From an uncultured bacterium (GTDB lineage: Bacteria > Hydrothermota > UBA3073 > NMUJ01): 16,682 nt of DNA. Position numbers and translations under genes: made by a program. Shown piece after piece: positions 16,308 through 16,682 of this stretch. The notes under the pieces were generated by a model. That model made no database searches, was not told the origin of the DNA, and worked only from the letters and a program-made list of their open reading frames with translations. The stretch is from contig CBFDTI010000027.1 in the NCBI GenBank assembly GCA_965612795.1, positions 1-16,682 of the forward strand, given 5' to 3'. Each line of letters begins with the position of its first letter. The first letter of the stretch is position 1.

Positions 16308-16341
16308 CCTGTTTCACATATTTGTTAACGTCGGAGATAAA

Positions 16342-16533
16342 ATGGGCACGAGAATACGATCGTTGGTTAAAACATTTGTTTGGCGTGCGATAGGGATTGT
16401 GGTCTTAGGAACCATATCGTACATAGTTACAGGTAACTGGCGTGACATAATTATAATATCTCCATACGGTGTTGTACTATATGCATGAGCGGCTATGGGA
16501 ATGTATCGCATGGGTAGAACTGATGAGATTTAA
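16342..16533 (+). pseudogene. Frameshifted DUF2061-family small membrane protein
   Basis: SD GGAGA, then MGTRIRSLVKTFVWRAIGIVVLGTISYIVTGNW... stops at 16488. The family C-terminal signature VLYYMHERLWECIAW is in the +1 frame, and the expected WG(R) needs one more G at about 16513 (then GRTDEI*, TAA 16531-16533). Confidence 0.75.
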
Positions 16534-16551
16534 TCAGACAAAGGGGGTAAG

Positions 16552-16682
16552 ATGTTTCGAGATTGGTTGCTTTGCGATTTCCACATACATACGAGGTTAA
16601 GCGATGGAGAGTTACCATTGGACGAGGTAATCGACCTGTATGGGACCAAAGGGTTTGATGCTATAAGTATTACGGATCATGT
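16552..16682 (+). CDS. PHP-domain protein, N-terminal part (runs off the window edge)
   Basis: Not in the ORF track. SD AAGGGGG, then MFRDWLLCDFHIHTRLSDGELPLDEVIDLYGTKGFDAISITDH, with the PHP motifs DxHxHT..SDG and ITDH. Confidence 0.92.
   Translation, partial: MFRDWLLCDFHIHTRLSDGELPLDEVIDLYGTKGFDAISITDH

Noticed and set aside
16314..16511. 65-aa minus-strand ORF
   Set aside because: Antisense to the recognisable DUF2061 remnant.
1..16682. Visibly frequent ACGT/CACGTG/GTAC words
   Set aside because: Explained by codon usage (CGT for Arg after A-ending codons, GTA for Val); not spaced like a repeat or CRISPR array.

Overview
Bacterial chromosomal window, mostly housekeeping and cell-envelope genes, with no mobile element or CRISPR array. 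A T9SS-type/FlgD-Ig-tailed secreted protease and a C25 peptidase remnant suggest an FCB-associated lineage such as WOR-3/TA06 (inference only). Minus-strand block: PBP1A, mnmE, LpxH-like phosphoesterase, decayed C25 (gingipain-like) remnant, TPM protein, YjbH-like OM protein, L,D-transpeptidase, then a truncated secreted protein. Plus-strand block: murB, wecB, nucleotidyltransferase-domain protein, pilin-like protein. These are followed by a minus-strand AOR-family oxidoreductase; divergently from it lie an unannotated 38-aa K/R-rich ORF coupled to a 2x[4Fe-4S] protein, tRNA-Ser(CGA), an M6 metalloprotease with FG-GAP repeats, a frameshifted DUF2061 gene and the start of a PHP protein. Most notable: (i) seven operon-head promoters share a short-spacer TTG(A/T)(C/T)N-N15/16-TAnnnT architecture, three placing +1 on an SD-less ATG; (ii) two distant promoters share an extended 13+9 nt identical motif; (iii) the micro-ORF missed by the ORF track; (iv) a C25 pseudogene whose broken WGE codons form the downstream gene's SD.
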